Shown here: one piece after another, positions 39,508-53,586 of the stretch
How the letters are laid out: each line of letters opens with the position of its first letter
Numbering within the stretch: the stretch's first letter is position 1
Assembly (NCBI GenBank): GCA_964016885.1
Contig: OZ024744.1
Coordinates: 92,008,001 to 92,072,000 of the forward strand
Reading direction: 5' to 3'
From: Eledone cirrhosa
Taxonomy: Eukaryota
Length of the DNA stretch: 64,000 nucleotides
Notes under the pieces: model-generated
Database searches by the model: none
Seen by the model: only the letters and a program-made list of their open reading frames with translations
Told to the model about the DNA's origin: nothing
Position numbers and translations under genes: made by a program

Positions 39508-39610
<103 letters not shown>

Positions 39611-39900
39611 TATACCTTCCTGCCAGATGATTGAACGACTGAAAGTATATACTTTCCTTATGCATATTAACGGCTGAGCAACCTAATTTGCATATCAATA
39701 GCTGACGATAGCTAATAAGCTTGAAACTAGTACAGCCTTCCTTTGTCAGTGTTGAACAAACGAGCAACGATGGTTGCTAGACACTGTACAGCTTAATACG
39801 GGACGTTTGTCTACAAACACACCGAGCATTATAATAAATGTTCTGCGAATCCATACGTACATATATATATGTGTGTGCATGTATGTATATATATATATAC

Positions 39901-39993
<93 letters not shown>

Positions 39994-40173
39994 TACATAC
40001 TACTGTACGTCTGTATACATATATGTATGTACGTATACATACTTATGTTTAAGTAACAGCCGTTCTAAGAGTGAGAAATCAAATTTCGTTTCATTTTTTG
40101 CGTTTATATATATATATATATATATATATTTAAGGGTATGTCAATATTTATTTATAAAATTGGTCTATATTAT

Positions 40174-40236
40174 ATTTTATCTGATGAAAGCACACCATAA
40201 TTTAACTTGGTGTCCTTGAAATATGTATAATGAAAT
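40174..40236 (+). ncRNA. Hammerhead motif in a PLE-tail-like repeat (family also near 59543, 59961 and 61402)
   Basis: ATTTTAT-CTGATGA-AAGCACACCA..TGGTGTCCTT-GAA-ATATGTAT-A-ATGAAAT. Confidence 0.65.
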
Positions 40237-40277
40237 AAATATGGTTTTATAAATATAGTTTCCATTTGTTAATATCG

Positions 40278-40309
<32 letters not shown>

Positions 40310-42402
40310 ATATCCTACTGTCCAGCTTCCATTAGCGGAACCAGCAGGCGACACCGCCGCTCACGCAATGTAACATGGTTCAATCCTCCCCACAACGCCG
40401 AGGTGACAACTCCTATCGGGAAAATCTTCTTTAGGCTCATTGAAAAACACTTCCCACTACAACACCGCTACCACAACATAATTAACAAAAATACCATCAA
40501 ACTCTCCTACAGCACCACACCAAACTTTGCACAAAACATCGTCTCCTCTAACAACAAAAAACTCAACCCCTATGGAAGAAATAACCTAAATAGCAGTGGA
40601 GAGCCGACCAGGAGGTGCAACTGTCCTGATGGATCCATTTGCCCCCTCGACAACAGATGCAGAGATCGTAATGTGATCTACCAGTGCAACGTGAGGACGG
40701 ACACCTCCAATAAAGCTTATATAGGATTAACCGCATGTGACTTCAAGACCCGGCTATACCAACACAGACATACCTTCCGAAACCCGGCCCGGCGTCACGC
40801 CACTGCACTTTCGGGCCACATCTGGGAACTCAAGGATAACAATATCACCTATGATCTCACTTGGAGCTTACTGTCCAGAGCCAACTCTTACACGGGAGGA
40901 CGCCGTCCGTGCAATTTATGCTCGGAGGAAACTTTACAAATGCTGTTTTCGACGGACGAACTCCTAAACAAGAAAGATGAACTGGTAACTGCATGCAAAC
41001 ACAGATTGCGTAGGACTTACCTCGCCCTCAAACCCCATAATGACCCGGGGGGGGGGGGGGGGGGTAGACAAGGGCTATAACATCCCACTTGCTGACTTTG
41101 TAATGGGTAACCCCTGCTTGCAAAGGTAGACGTAAGATCTTTTATATCTTTTTATCGCTTCCTCTATATTTCCTTCTTCCCCCCATCCCTCCCTAGTCCT
41201 TCCACCCCAGTCATCTTTCTTTGTCGTCGTCCTTTTCACTTTCTCGCCCACCCGAGGCAGCCCCTCGGTCCTTTGTAGCCTCAGTACCCCCACCCCCTTC
41301 CCCTATTCTATTATAGATTTGGCCGACTCCGCTTTTGATAGCAGATGTGATAAACCCCGGATACTTGCCTTCTTATCCGATGGCTGCCCCTTTTCCGTGC
41401 TTTCTACATTTCTTAGTGGTATCTTTGCTTTAATTTCTCGTATATCAGTATTTATTATTTTTTTTTGGGGGGGGGGGGGGGATTCTGAATTAATTTTCCG
41501 TATCAAATTTTTCATATACTTCGTACGAGCATTTATGTAGTTTGCACTAGAATTTTTGTATCGTAGCGGCACCCTTAGAGATAGTATTAGTATTCTTTTT
41601 CGGGATTCTGAATTATTATTTCGTATTAGTTTATTTTTTGCACTGGGTGGTTGCTGACCTTGTGCCTAGGGTAGAAACCATTATTTCGTATTAGTCTCGG
41701 GACTCTGAATTATTATTTCGTCGTAGTTTCTTTAGTATTTTGGCCCCCACTTGTTGACCCGTCACCGTAAGATATACTCGGTTGATTACTAATAGCTCTT
41801 AAAAGGGTCTCATTATAATTCCGTCCCACCTAGTAAACCTTTCTTTAGTCTAGCAGTACCAGTGAGAGACTTGGAGCTGTCCTTAGGTTATAGTAGCCAG
41901 AAATTGTTTTTTTTTTCATATTTAATTGTTTTTTTAACATTCTTGGTATTTTTCTATATATTTACCCCATATTGTTTTACTTATTGTTTCGACTTCCTCC
42001 CCCTCCCCCTCCCTAGTATACTTCCTTGACCTCCTACCCTGCTGTAGTTGGCACTATCAACGCACGACTGGGTTTCCTCCACCCCTCTCCCTCTTTCTTC
42101 TACTGGCAGGTTCAGCTACCCCTTCCTACCACAAATTGCCATGATAGAATTATGTGTCTCAACAACAAACTTTTGACCAATCCTTGTGACAATCAGTTTT
42201 ACCATATATGGAAATACCTCCTGAGAAGCTCGGCTATTCATATACCAGGATAAAAATGTTCATTTAGTCCAGAATTAGCCGTCGAAACGGCTTGAGCTCA
42301 GCCGTCGGGGTCCTACTCGTTCCTATTACCCACTATACTACCCTAAGTATTGAGTACTTTCGTGCATTATGGTCCATCTGGTTCCTTACCACATTTCCTT
42401 CG

Positions 42403-42405
<3 letters not shown>
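40310..42405 (+). mobile_element. Penelope-like element 3' fragment (Naiad-like): GIY-YIG endonuclease and long 3' trailer
   Basis: WFNPP motif; CNC-x5-C-x5-C linker; VIYQC..YIGLT..FKTR..H; CNLC..E. The trailer end is shared with 33860-33990, 56558-56668 and 61832-62055. Confidence 0.8.
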
Positions 42406-42447
<42 letters not shown>

Positions 42448-42517
42448 TGTTATACTTTGGGAGGGTCATGCTGCCAATATATATATATATATATACAAAC
42501 ATATATATACCTATACG

Positions 42518-42584
<67 letters not shown>

Positions 42585-42612
42585 CTATATATATATATAT
42601 ATGTATATATTT

Positions 42613-42661
<49 letters not shown>

Positions 42662-42768
42662 TATTTTCCGTTGTGTTGTAATATAAATATTACACACAGT
42701 AGATTGACAGCTCACGTAGAGTTTGCTCGACGGTTCCAGTTGAAATTCCAAAAGTAATCCGGAGAAAA

Positions 42769-43216
42769 ATAGAAAGATTTGAATGGATACAGTTTAGTTG
42801 AAAGGAATTTATTGACACGTGTTTCTATAACAGTTACATAACCTGAAAACAGCTGCTATCCACAAAGTATTAGTTATGCAGACAATCAATATTTCAATGT
42901 TATTATTTACTGTCATTTCATCAGAATAATATTACTCAGTAATATTATTCTGATGAAATGACAGTAAATAAATGTTTCTACTTTTGGCACAAGGCCAGCA
43001 ATTATCCAGTACATTACTGGTACTTTATTTTATCGACCCCATAAGGATGAAAGGCAAAGTTAACCTCGGCGGGATTGACAGTAAATAATAACATTGAAAT
43101 ATTGATTGTCTGCATAACTAATACTTTGTGGATAGCAGCTGTTTTCAGGTTATGTAACTGTTATAGAAACACGTGTCAATAAATTCCTTTCAACTAAACT
43201 GTATCCATTCAAATCT

Positions 43217-43222
<6 letters not shown>
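42769..43222. repeat. Fold-back palindrome (centre 42937) with a SINE inserted in the right arm
   Basis: Arms mirror around ATTACT-C-AGTAAT; SINE 42972-43075 flanked by 13-bp TSD TGACAGTAAATAA. Confidence 0.9.
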
Positions 43223-43270
<48 letters not shown>

Positions 43271-43273
<3 letters not shown>

Positions 43274-43763
43274 AGCTCTGATACCATTTTAGCAGTATTG
43301 GTTATAGATGTTATCGAGATGCAAGTGACATAATAACAGCAGAAATTAGAGATGAAATATACGTTTATTTTTTGTTGTAGCACAAACAATGGTGTTGTAC
43401 AGAGGCTGGTATCTGGCGTGTGATCAGTCGGCTTTCCAGTGGCTGTCTGTCTTTTCTTTCTGGCGTTCTCAACCGGCGTTGTTCTATCAAGGAGCGTGAG
43501 GCGTCTTACTACAGTACCTCGAGCCAGATTTTCAAATTATTGAAAATCGATGTCATTACTCACATATGGAGTAAGATGGCGAACAATGCAACAAGGGGGA
43601 GCTATCCGCTCTAGCAAAAATTGAATCCAGAATAAGGATTTGAAAAATGTTAAAAAAAAACGACATGCATGCATAAAAAAAACAAGGCAAAGGAAAAGCA
43701 GAAACACAGAGGCAAAAAAAAAGGTGCAGCTAACATAGTCTAAATATAGACGGTGCTGCAATT
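43271..43763 (-). mobile_element. LTR-end fragment of a related LTR family, followed by a tRNA-iMet-type PBS
   Basis: Minus strand ..ATTTCATCTCTAATTTCTGC..AATACTGCTAAAA-TGGTATCAGAGC; homologous to 43880-43970. Confidence 0.55.
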
Positions 43764-46290
43764 CCAGCAACACGCATAATGTAACAGTGAGATATTGCAC
43801 CACTAGCCTCGCCGGCTTAACGGCGCAATGGCACATTCCATTTGGTAACCTCTTTGTATCTGTAACTTCAACCATATAAATAAACAAACATTTCATCTCT
43901 AATTACTGCGGTTGAAGTCGTTGTTATGTTACTCGTGTCTCCATGACATCTTTAATCCATGCTGCTGGAATTGGCGACCTGACGAAAGGAATATTGTAAA
44001 TAGATGGTAAATAGATTGAGGGACCTTCCCTCACGTCTATGTCAACAAGTTAATCCAACGAGGATACTATCACTTACCACACTGGCAACTAACGACCACT
44101 GATTCTACCACCCTGCTAAAGTGGCGACTACTCTACAACTAATACTGCTAAAGTGGTGACCCCGACGTAAGAATATCACGCAGCCCTTCTTATTCATTCA
44201 GTTTAACTTTTATTGCCACGTCGCAACTTGCGAAAATCCAGAATATTCCTTTTAAGATTTTTGAAAAATTAGCAGTATTTCAAAAACTTTTTCGCCACGA
44301 AAAAAATTTCAAGATGGCTACCGACATGTCATGGCTACGCTTGACAACAACAATGACAGCAGCAGCGACAGCGTTGTTTAACCACTGACCAATACAGGGA
44401 ACAGTGAGTGGCAGCTTCATAACCTTACCGACGCCAACCACCACACATCGGAAATTTCAAAACGACTTGTAACTTTACCGACGCAACCACCATACCTTCT
44501 GTCTCGTTACCACAGGGACGCGAGAAATTGAGACAGTAGTTTTCTCACCATTATGGCGTCAGACGTGACTGCCATATTTGGTAACTCCTACTCTACAGAA
44601 GATTCTTTGACTTTGCTTTAACAATAAGCAACAAAACTTTCGGGACGGTAAGATGGCCACGAAATCTCACAAAAACACCATACATCTAACCCCTAACGGC
44701 ATTAACAAACTTCTTTTTCAGTTTTCAGATAGAACTAGTGTCTGTACACTGGTGATGTGTGAACTATTTGACTTTGAAAAACTTTGAACTTATTGAGCAA
44801 TTTCTCTGCTCCCCTAGATTGACTTTGAATTATCAGTTTGTTACATTCACATATTTCTTTGTAGAATGCATTTACTTGTTTTGTGCTCTTTTGCTATTTG
44901 TTTGCTCATGGTTTTTGTTCATTCACATTCTTTGCTGTTTTACATGCCTGCATATGCACACATTTTTTTTATCACACACCAACATGTTGTTCTTGGTATA
45001 TGTTCTTCAAACGTAATATTCTGCGAGTCCCCTTTCACCTGGTTGAGATGCTGTCACATGCTAGCAGCTCACAGAGCTTAATCCACTGGATTCAAACAGT
45101 CACCGCAACACGAGAATACATTGCAGCTGAACTCAAACAGCTTCGCATCTCGTTGCACACTGATCGTCCATGACGGCCATCCGTCTAGTTGTTTTTGCCC
45201 GACTCGCTGGGAAAGCAACAAATTGAACTGGACTTGTTAGCATTTCGGCCACTTCTGTGGATTCGCCCGAATTATGGAATTTACACTGCAACCCACCTAC
45301 AGATTAAACTTGCCTTTTGTTCTTTACAAAGCAACCAGCCATTTTTTCCTGGCTCCACAGCACATTCGACAATACATCTGGGGGCCATCATTTTCTCGCC
45401 AGCACTGGTAAACTACCATAATAGCTTCGTTCACAGCTACTGGTACAACGCTTACCATTAACATTTAATGCAAGAACAGCAACCTCGCCCATGTCAGACT
45501 TTATCCGTTTTTTGTTAGACCTTTGGCGGTCACGTATAAACAACAAAACAACTGGTCATTTGACACAGCGGCTGAACACGGCCCGTAGCGCCTCATTTTT
45601 TGTTCTTGCATGCAACCTTCTGCTCAATTATTTTTTCACTGATGTGCTCTTTCAGCATTTATTCTTGCTGATTTAATAATATGTGGATCCTTGGTTTCTT
45701 CGTTATCGATTTTCGGCTGAAAATCTGGTTGGAGGTGATGTAGTGACCTACATTCCGCGGGCTCACATACATTCTCTGTGCGTGATTTGGCTCAGTTCAG
45801 CCAATCAGCGCCAGTAGAAGAGGATGTATCCCTACGCGCCCTGAGGAAGAAATTCCCCGCGAAGATTTGAAGAATCTCGCTCTTGTACCAGAAACTTCGA
45901 GCCAGCAACACGCATAATGTAACAGTGAGATATTGCACCACTAGCCTCGCCGGCTTAACGGCGCAATGGCACATTCCATTTGGTAACCTCTTTGTATCTG
46001 TAACTTCAACCATATAAATAAACAAACATTTCATCTCTAATTACTGCGGTTGAAGTCGTTGTTATGTTACTCGTGTCTCCATGACATCTTTAATCCATGC
46101 TGCTGGAATTGGCGACCTGACGAAAGGAATATTGTAAATAGATGGTAAATAGATCGAGGGACCTTCCCTCACGTCTATGTCAACAAGATAATCCAACGAG
46201 GATACTATCACTTACCACACTGGCAACTAACGACCACTGATTCTACCACCCCGCTAAAGTGGCGACTACTCTACAACTAATACTGCTAAA
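43764..46290 (+). mobile_element. Non-autonomous LTR retrotransposon (gypsy-like) with a truncated 5' LTR
   Basis: Direct repeats 43764-44152 and 45902-46290; PBS TGGTGACCCCGACGT (44154-44168, tRNA-Trp-like); purine-rich GGTTGGAGGTGA before TGTAG at 45739 (3' LTR start); faint gag-like remnant LRSQLLVQRLP near 45425. Confidence 0.75.
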
Positions 46291-46334
46291 CCATCAACAC
46301 TATAAACACAGAGCTGGCATATCTAAGAACTGAC

Positions 46335-46393
46335 TACCTGCCTGATGAGGTCATAGCAATTCAATGGCTATCATCGAAATATATATAGCAGTA
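46335..46393 (+). ncRNA. Hammerhead motif in PLE-tail-like sequence
   Basis: CTGC-CTGATGA-GGTCATAGC..GCTATCATC-GAA-ATATATAT-A-GCAG. Confidence 0.75.
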
Positions 46394-46435
46394 AATAAAG
46401 TATTATGAGTTCATGCATTTGACTTATGTTTCGTC

Positions 46436-46499
<64 letters not shown>

Positions 46500-46536
46500 T
46501 ATTATTATTATGTAATAAACAACATAAGGCAATTAT

Positions 46537-46594
46537 TCCATTTACCAGTGGTTTCTTAAAAGCAAAAGATTTTGCTTTCAATCCTCAGAATGAA
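46537..46594 (-). ncRNA. Hammerhead motif, left arm of inverted pair 46501-46679 / 47308-47490
   Basis: Near-identical reverse complement of 47394-47451. Confidence 0.75.
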
Positions 46595-46743
46595 AAAACC
46601 CTGGTCTGTTTATTGAATTTGGATTTTAAAAACAAAAATGCAATCTATATGAAAGTGAGGTTGGAGAAGGAAGAAGGAAAGGAAAAATAAAATAAAACTA
46701 CACATGCAAACACACACAAAAAAACAAACACAAAAGCATACAT

Positions 46744-46776
<33 letters not shown>

Positions 46777-46843
46777 CATATATACATATACACATATATA
46801 CATACATACACATATATACACATACACATACATACACATATAC

Positions 46844-46939
<96 letters not shown>

Positions 46940-47393
46940 ACACACATATATATATATATATACACATATACATATACATATATATATGTGTGTACAAGCA
47001 TACACATACACAAACATAGCCATACACACACACACATATATACATACATACATTCACGCAATCATACATATATACACACGTACACACATACACATACATA
47101 AATGCACTCCTCTACATATTCACACACGCAAATAAATATAAGAAAAAAAAAGTATATATATATATAAAAAATTTTTGACACCGTTACATAAGGCAGCTAA
47201 CTGGACAGACACGCGTGGTAAGTAATACACACAAATGCACGTATACATACGTACGAAATAGTAAACACATACACACACTCTCACACATAAATATACATAT
47301 ACAAATATTCCTTCTTCCTTCTCCAGCCTCACTTTCATATAGATTGCATTTTTGTTTTTTTAAATCCAAATTCAATAAACAAACCAGGATTTT

Positions 47394-47451
47394 TTCATTC
47401 TGAGGATTGAAAGCAAAACCTTTTGCTTTTAAGAAACCACTGGTAAATGGA
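47394..47451 (+). ncRNA. Hammerhead motif, right arm of the inverted pair
   Basis: TTCATT-CTGAGGA-TTGAAAGCAAA ACCT TTTGCTTTTAA-GAA-ACCACTGGT-A-AATGGA. Confidence 0.75.
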
Positions 47452-47554
47452 ATAATCGCCTTATGTTGTTTATTACATAATAATAATAATTAAGCTGTGT
47501 TACCTACATAGAGCACTCTTTTTTCCTGGACTTTTCCGACGGAATTACTTCATT

Positions 47555-47634
<80 letters not shown>

Positions 47635-47914
47635 GATAGATATGTTTCTTTATTAGCCACAGGGGCACAAAGGAAGGGGACAAATACAAAGAGGGATGTT
47701 TAGATACAATAAAAACGTGTAAAATGTTATCACAAATGCAATTTAAAAAGTTAGTCGATTTTCCCCAATAGAGGGAGACAGTTTATATGGGTAACACATA
47801 CCCCCGAAAAAAAAAATGTGCAACCCTCATCTCCAGGAGTACGAAGAGTTTGTACTCCTTTCTTCTCCCCCTCCTTTTCCTCCACCTACAGGCTGATATA
47901 GAGAGACGGCCCAT

Positions 47915-50900
47915 TCACCGGGCCATTCTCGCCACTTTCACCCACCTTTCATAAAACTTGCTGGGGTACAGCACCTCTCTCTCCATCCTGATTCTTCTTC
48001 CAAAGTGGTATTTGAAAAAAAGAATCAGTTGTTGGCCGGAGAGAAAGGTGTCTGACCTCAGCCCTTTCAACCTTGTCCACCATACAACCTCTTTCGCCAT
48101 AGCTAGCACACAAAGGAAAACCGCCTCTCCTTCGTTTTTGAAGGAGGGTGGCGGTTTGATCATGACAATGGACTCGGTGGTCAACTGCATTGGTCCCACC
48201 CGCGACAATAGTCGTTCTACATAGCCCCACAGGTCAGTGACGCCCGGGCAGTGTATGAATGCGTGCGCGACGGTTTCTTCGTCTCGCACGCACCTCGGAC
48301 AGATCTTTTTTGCAGGGTCCCTGCCCGGGAGCCCATGTCTGTAGAGCTTGTCTCAAACTGGTAGAGCTCCTCGGTAGCACTGCCAGGCCAGGGACTTTTG
48401 GAAGTTGTCCATCGGTCCCGGGCGGAAGGTCCTACCGAACAGACTGGCCAGTTCATCTTCCTCTACGCCCAGAGTTTCACCGAGCGCGTCGTCGCACTTG
48501 CTGCGGACCAACCCTCTATAGAATGACGAAGTGGAGTCTCCACTGATCGCCGGGTCCGCCTGCCAGAGGGCTGTGAGCGCCTGAGCACATTCGATGTGCT
48601 AGTCGCCCATTTTCCTCGGTCTTTGCTTGACCCAGGACTGCAGCTCGGTCAGCGAGACGAGTCGTGGGAAGGCTCGCCTCACGAACGGGGCCCACACCGG
48701 TTGTCCGGTGAGGAATACGTGTAGGTGCCGCAGCCTGAGCACGTGTTTGCGCATCGTCAACCACGGCATCCCCAGCCCTCCGTTAGAAGGGTGTTGGCAG
48801 CAGATGGATCTTCTCACCAAAGGAGCCCGCCTCTTCCAAAGGAATCGGAAGAGCGCGCGCTCCATCTTGGCGAGCGTTTTGGCTGGACAAGGCATGACGG
48901 TCAAGCGGTAGTAGATGGCGGACGCTATAAAAGTGTTCGCCACCTCCGCTCGACCTTTCAAGGATAGTTTGCACTCGGCCCACTTCTGGGTGAGTGCAAA
49001 CACCTTGGCCGTCACTTCGTTCCAGTTCTTCTCCACCTGGAGGTCCGGACCAAACCAGACTCCGAGCAGCTTTACCGGTCCTTCCGTCCAACGTCCGACG
49101 AGGCCATCAGAAGGCATCGGTTTGCCTCTCCACGATCCGAGTTGCAAACCGATGGACTTGTCCCGGTTCAGCTTCGCTCCTGTGAGACTTTCGTATTCCT
49201 TCAGTAAGGTGCCGATTTCCTCGATTTGCGAGGCGTTCGACACCATTACTGTGACGTCGTCGGCGTAGGCCGACGCCGCTTTCCGCAGTCCCGGTTCCAG
49301 AGGGATGCCCTGCAATAGCTCCAGCTTCCGCAGTAGTGGCTCGAGAGTCAGTACGTACAGAAGGGAGGAGAGAGGGCATCCCTGTCGAATGGATCGCGTA
49401 ATATGGAACGGCTCCGAGAGGTAGCCGTTCACCTTGACCCTTGAGCAGATATTGCTGTTGTGTATTGCAGCAATCCAGCCCCTGAATACGGGTCTGAAGC
49501 CTACCGCCTCGAGCACCGCATCCAGGTAAAGATGGTCAACCCTATCGAAAGCCTTAGACTGATCCAAGTTGATCAGGGCCCCACCGAAGCCGGGTTTACA
49601 CCCTACCCTCTCTATGATGTATGGCATGAGGTGGAGGTTGTCGTGTATGGACCTGGTCGGGATTGCGCATGTCTGCGCTTCTCCCACCAGGTTCTCGACG
49701 ACAAGCGCCAGCCTCTTTGCCAACACCTTGGCCAAAATCTGTAACACTGTGTTTAGCAGAGTTATGGGCCGGAAGTTTCCTATGTCATCCCCCTTATTCT
49801 CGTCCTTCCTGATTAGTGTGACCACGCCCCCGGTTACAGAACTGGGAATTCTCCCGTTCTGTTGCCAGTTGCAGTAGACCGCTTCCAGGAGACCGGAGAA
49901 TAAGTCCGGCATTGCTACGTAAAATTCGTAGGGTAGACCGTCGAGACCTGGAGATTTGCATTTTCCGCATTGGCTCAGCTCGTCCCCTATCTCAGTGGCT
50001 GAAATCGGCTTTTCGCAGAACTTTGCCTCGCTGTCCGAGAGTCGCGGTAGGCCGTCGAGGTATGGACCGAAATCCATAGCCTCTCCCGCCCCCCTCCGAA
50101 CAGCCGAGCAAAGTGCCGCTGAAAAGCCGCACACATCTGCTTCGGCTCACGTATCACGCGTCCGTTTTGGTCCTTCAAAGACCGAATCGTGGACTTGTTG
50201 CCACTTTTTGCCTCCGTCACTCGGGCCCAGCTAACAGCTTTGGCTCCCTCGTTTCCCAGAGCACGTATTTTGCTTCTGACAACGCAGCCCTCGTGCTTTG
50301 CGTCGAAGAACTGGTCCAAGGCCGTTCTCGTTGCTCGCACGCTGGCTACGTTGCCACTTCTAATTGCCTCTTCTACTTTATCTACCAGTTCCTTCACGGT
50401 TCTATTTCTATCTAACGCTAATTCTTTACTAAAAACTATCGAGTCTAATCTAACTGCCCTCTTGAGAGAGTACCACCATCTGTTGTTGACAATGGCCCCT
50501 GTCAAGTGCTGTTTAACTAAAGTGCTAATCCGTTTACTGTAGGCTTTGCTTGTCGGTAACGACAAGTTCAGCTTCCAGTAGCCGGGTCCTTGTCTATGGG
50601 TTCTATCAAGGTTGGCCATGCAGGTCACAAGTTTGTGATCTGAATAGGCAACCATGAACATTTGTGGACAGCTTAACATGTCCCTATCCTTATTTATAAC
50701 TAGAACCCTATCTAGGTACGATCTAGATGTTCCGCTACGATTACTCCACGTCCACAGTGGCGCAGTCGGAATATCTTGTCGATATCTATCGGCCAGGTCA
50801 AATCGGCCGATTAACTGTTTGAGGCTGTTACACCCCCCTTTATCGGGACATTCTCCCACATAGTCCCAACGTGCATCTAGGATTCCATTCCAGTCCCCCA

Positions 50901-51316
50901 CTAAAAGCAAGGAGCGGGACGTTCCCAGAAAAGTCTCTAGACGTTTGAAGAAGTCTGGCCGTGGTGTCCCGGATGGGGCATATGCGGCCACCAGCCTGAA
51001 GGCTCCACCTTCACTACCGTCAACGTCTAGGACCAGCAGTCGACCCTCCGGGTCCAGATGTACTGTCTGTGTTACGAGGCCCAGGTGTTTCCGCAGCAAA
51101 ACGGCAACTCCGCCCCCACCCCCCGGTTGACAGAGAGATGCGTAGATCTCAAAGTCATCGAAGATGGGGGGCCAGCTGTCGCTCGCCGTGGATCCTGGAC
51201 TCGCAAATGGCTACCACATCCATACTGTGCGACCTGAGGTCGTTTAAGAGTTTGCCCTGATTCCAGGGCATCCCCAGGCCGCGTACGTTCACACATCCAA
51301 CTCTTATATTGGCCAT
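47915..51316 (-). pseudogene. ORF2 (APE + RT + Zn finger) of Tx1 copy 3, a few frameshifts
   Basis: ATG at 51316; VGDWNG, SYLDR, YSDH, SPGLDG, IRQGCPLS, YADD. Confidence 0.9.
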
Positions 51317-51349
51317 GTTGGTGCTGAAAAGTTAAAAGAGGAAAAGAGA

Positions 51350-53266
51350 TCACTCACCCTTCGCCTCCTGGGGACCAGGCCGCACGATTTCCATGCGGGT
51401 GTTGGAGGGGTTGTCTGGATGGGTGGTGGTTTCCGGCGGGGTGGGGACGCAGATGTTTGGTGGGGTGGGGTCTGGTGGGATGGGGGTGTCTGGGGTGGGG
51501 AGGCATTTGAGAAGGACGCGGTTGAGTGGTTTCACGCAGGAATTCCCCACATCCTTCTCAAATGTTTCTTTTAGGGACCTATAAGTTTGTATAGGGACCC
51601 TAATCAGTTTTAGGTTCAGTTTTTTGTTATTTTTAATAGAGTGGGCGAAAGTTTTCCCTTCGGTTTTCACCGAAGGGTCGTTCGTGATGGTCTCCATTGG
51701 TGTTTTGTTTTCAGTGTTTATGTAAGTGTAAGTGTAATTTTCTTGTGTTGTGTTTGTTTTTGTCTGTAGTTCTTGTGTGTGCTTTCGTTTTGTTGTAGGT
51801 ATTTTGTTTTCAGGAGGTGGGAGTTTGGTTTGTGATGTTTTTGTTGTTTGTGTTGGTGGTTGTATGTTTGTGGTAGTGTTTGCTGGTTTTTTGCTTTTGT
51901 GATGTCTTTTCTTTCTTTTCGAGCGATGGGGTTCTCCCTCGTCTTCACTGGGTGATGGCGAGATAGCCTCATCTGTTGTATCGTCTGTGTGATTGGGGAG
52001 GGGTATGTCTTGGGGAGCTGTTGTGTCTGTATGTGATTTTGCAGTGGTTTTAGTTGGAGTGGGGTTGGGTGGGACTGTGTTTGTTGTGGTTATTTTTGTG
52101 TGTTGGTGTTGTTATTGTTGTGGTGGTGTTGGTGGTTGTGTTGTTTTGATGGGTGTCGGCAGAAAAGCCTTTTTTTGGTTCATTAATTTAGGACAGGAAG
52201 CCCTCAGGTGACCCCTGCTAAAGCAATGGTAACATGAAGGCCGCCTACCCTCAACCGAAAAGTTTATGTAGGTGAGTCCGTCCAGGAGTACACGCTGTGG
52301 GATCATAGCTATTCGCTCTGGGCTCATTTGCACCAGAACTTCAATGCTAGTCCCATTGAATACATCTCTGGGGGACTTTCCTACTGACAGTATTCTGTCT
52401 TCATCAAAATTGATGAAGCCGCACAGTATCCACCATATGTTCACCTTGGGTGTGACACTCGTGATTCTGATCTTTTGTGTCCTTTTTCCCATGTATGTAG
52501 GGAAAAAGGTGTACAGGTTGGATACAATTGGCGACACAGAGTAATTTTGGGCCGTCAATTGATCCTTTCTGTGTACCGAAATACTCCCAAAAAGTTTGCT
52601 TCTTTGAATGAATGCAATATCATTCATTGAAATTTTGAAAACCAGTTCAATTTCTTTCTGTGACAATTGGACTGGTTTTCGGGTAGAATTGGAAACTGTC
52701 CTAAAAACTATCGTTTTGAGAGCAGTTTCCTTGCGAATTTCTACCGGAGAATTGATGCTGAAAGCACCATTTTTTTCGAAAGTGACATATCTCTTAGCGT
52801 CCTTTAAAAGTTGTTCAGCATTTGTTATGTCAAGATATATCAATTCTTCCTTCTTTTGAACTTTCTCTGCAAAGGAGATTTTTGGTTTCTTTGTGGAATC
52901 CGTATTGGTGGTGTTGTCATTAGAGTTGTTATTGTTGTTGTTATTCTTGTTGTCATCGATGTTGATAGTATTCGTCTTTTCCTTGGTGTTGTTGTTGTCT
53001 TTGATGCTGGTGTTATTGGTGTTGTCTTTATTTTTTTCTTTGTTGTTGTTATCATTGTTGCTTTTATCATCATTATTGGTTTTGCTGTTATTTTTGTTGT
53101 CATTGAATTGTTTGGTGTCATTTGTGTTGTTTGAATATGAATTCGTTTTTACGTTTTCATTTCGTCTTTCCATCTCTATAGTATCTAGTGAAGAAGACGT
53201 TGTTGACTGCGAGCTTTGTAGTCTTACCGCCTCTCCACCACCATTATCGTTGGACGCAGCGTTCAT
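51350..53266 (-). pseudogene. ORF1 of Tx1 copy 3 (N/T/K-rich N-terminus, CCHC zinc knuckle), disrupted in the 3' part
   Basis: 384-aa ORF containing CYHCFSRGHLRASC; C-terminal piece 51350-51697. Confidence 0.85.
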
Positions 53267-53490
53267 AACGTAATCAAAATTTTACAATATTTTTTCCAAG
53301 ATTCGATGGAGAAAAATTTTTTAAATGGATATTCCGCCCCTGTAGGGGCAAAAATGAGTTGACCCACCACCTGAAGGTTCAGACGGATGGTCAAGTTACA
53401 CAATGATATAAAATTTAACTAAAAACTCACGTTTTTTTCTTACATAAATTAACGGAAACTTCTCCGCGAAGTTACACACGTCTGATAGAG

Positions 53491-53580
<90 letters not shown>

Positions 53581-53586
53581 TTAACG

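Larger units (their letters stand above)
47645..53484 (-). mobile_element. Tx1/L1-clade LINE copy 3, full-length and least decayed, flanked on both sides by (GATA)n
   Basis: ORF1 with CCHC knuckle; ORF2 APE (370-aa piece) and RT (511-aa piece); (GATA)n at 47569-47642 and 53484-53580. Confidence 0.93.

Noticed and set aside
44170-45738. Intact gag or other gene inside the LTR element
   Set aside because: Only short ORFs and one or two faint gag-like peptides; no continuous reading frame.
51324-51357. 34-nt intron fusing ORF1 to ORF2 in Tx1 copy 3
   Set aside because: Very short, the spliced product is out of frame with the ORF2 ATG, and copies 1 and 2 lack the acceptor AG.
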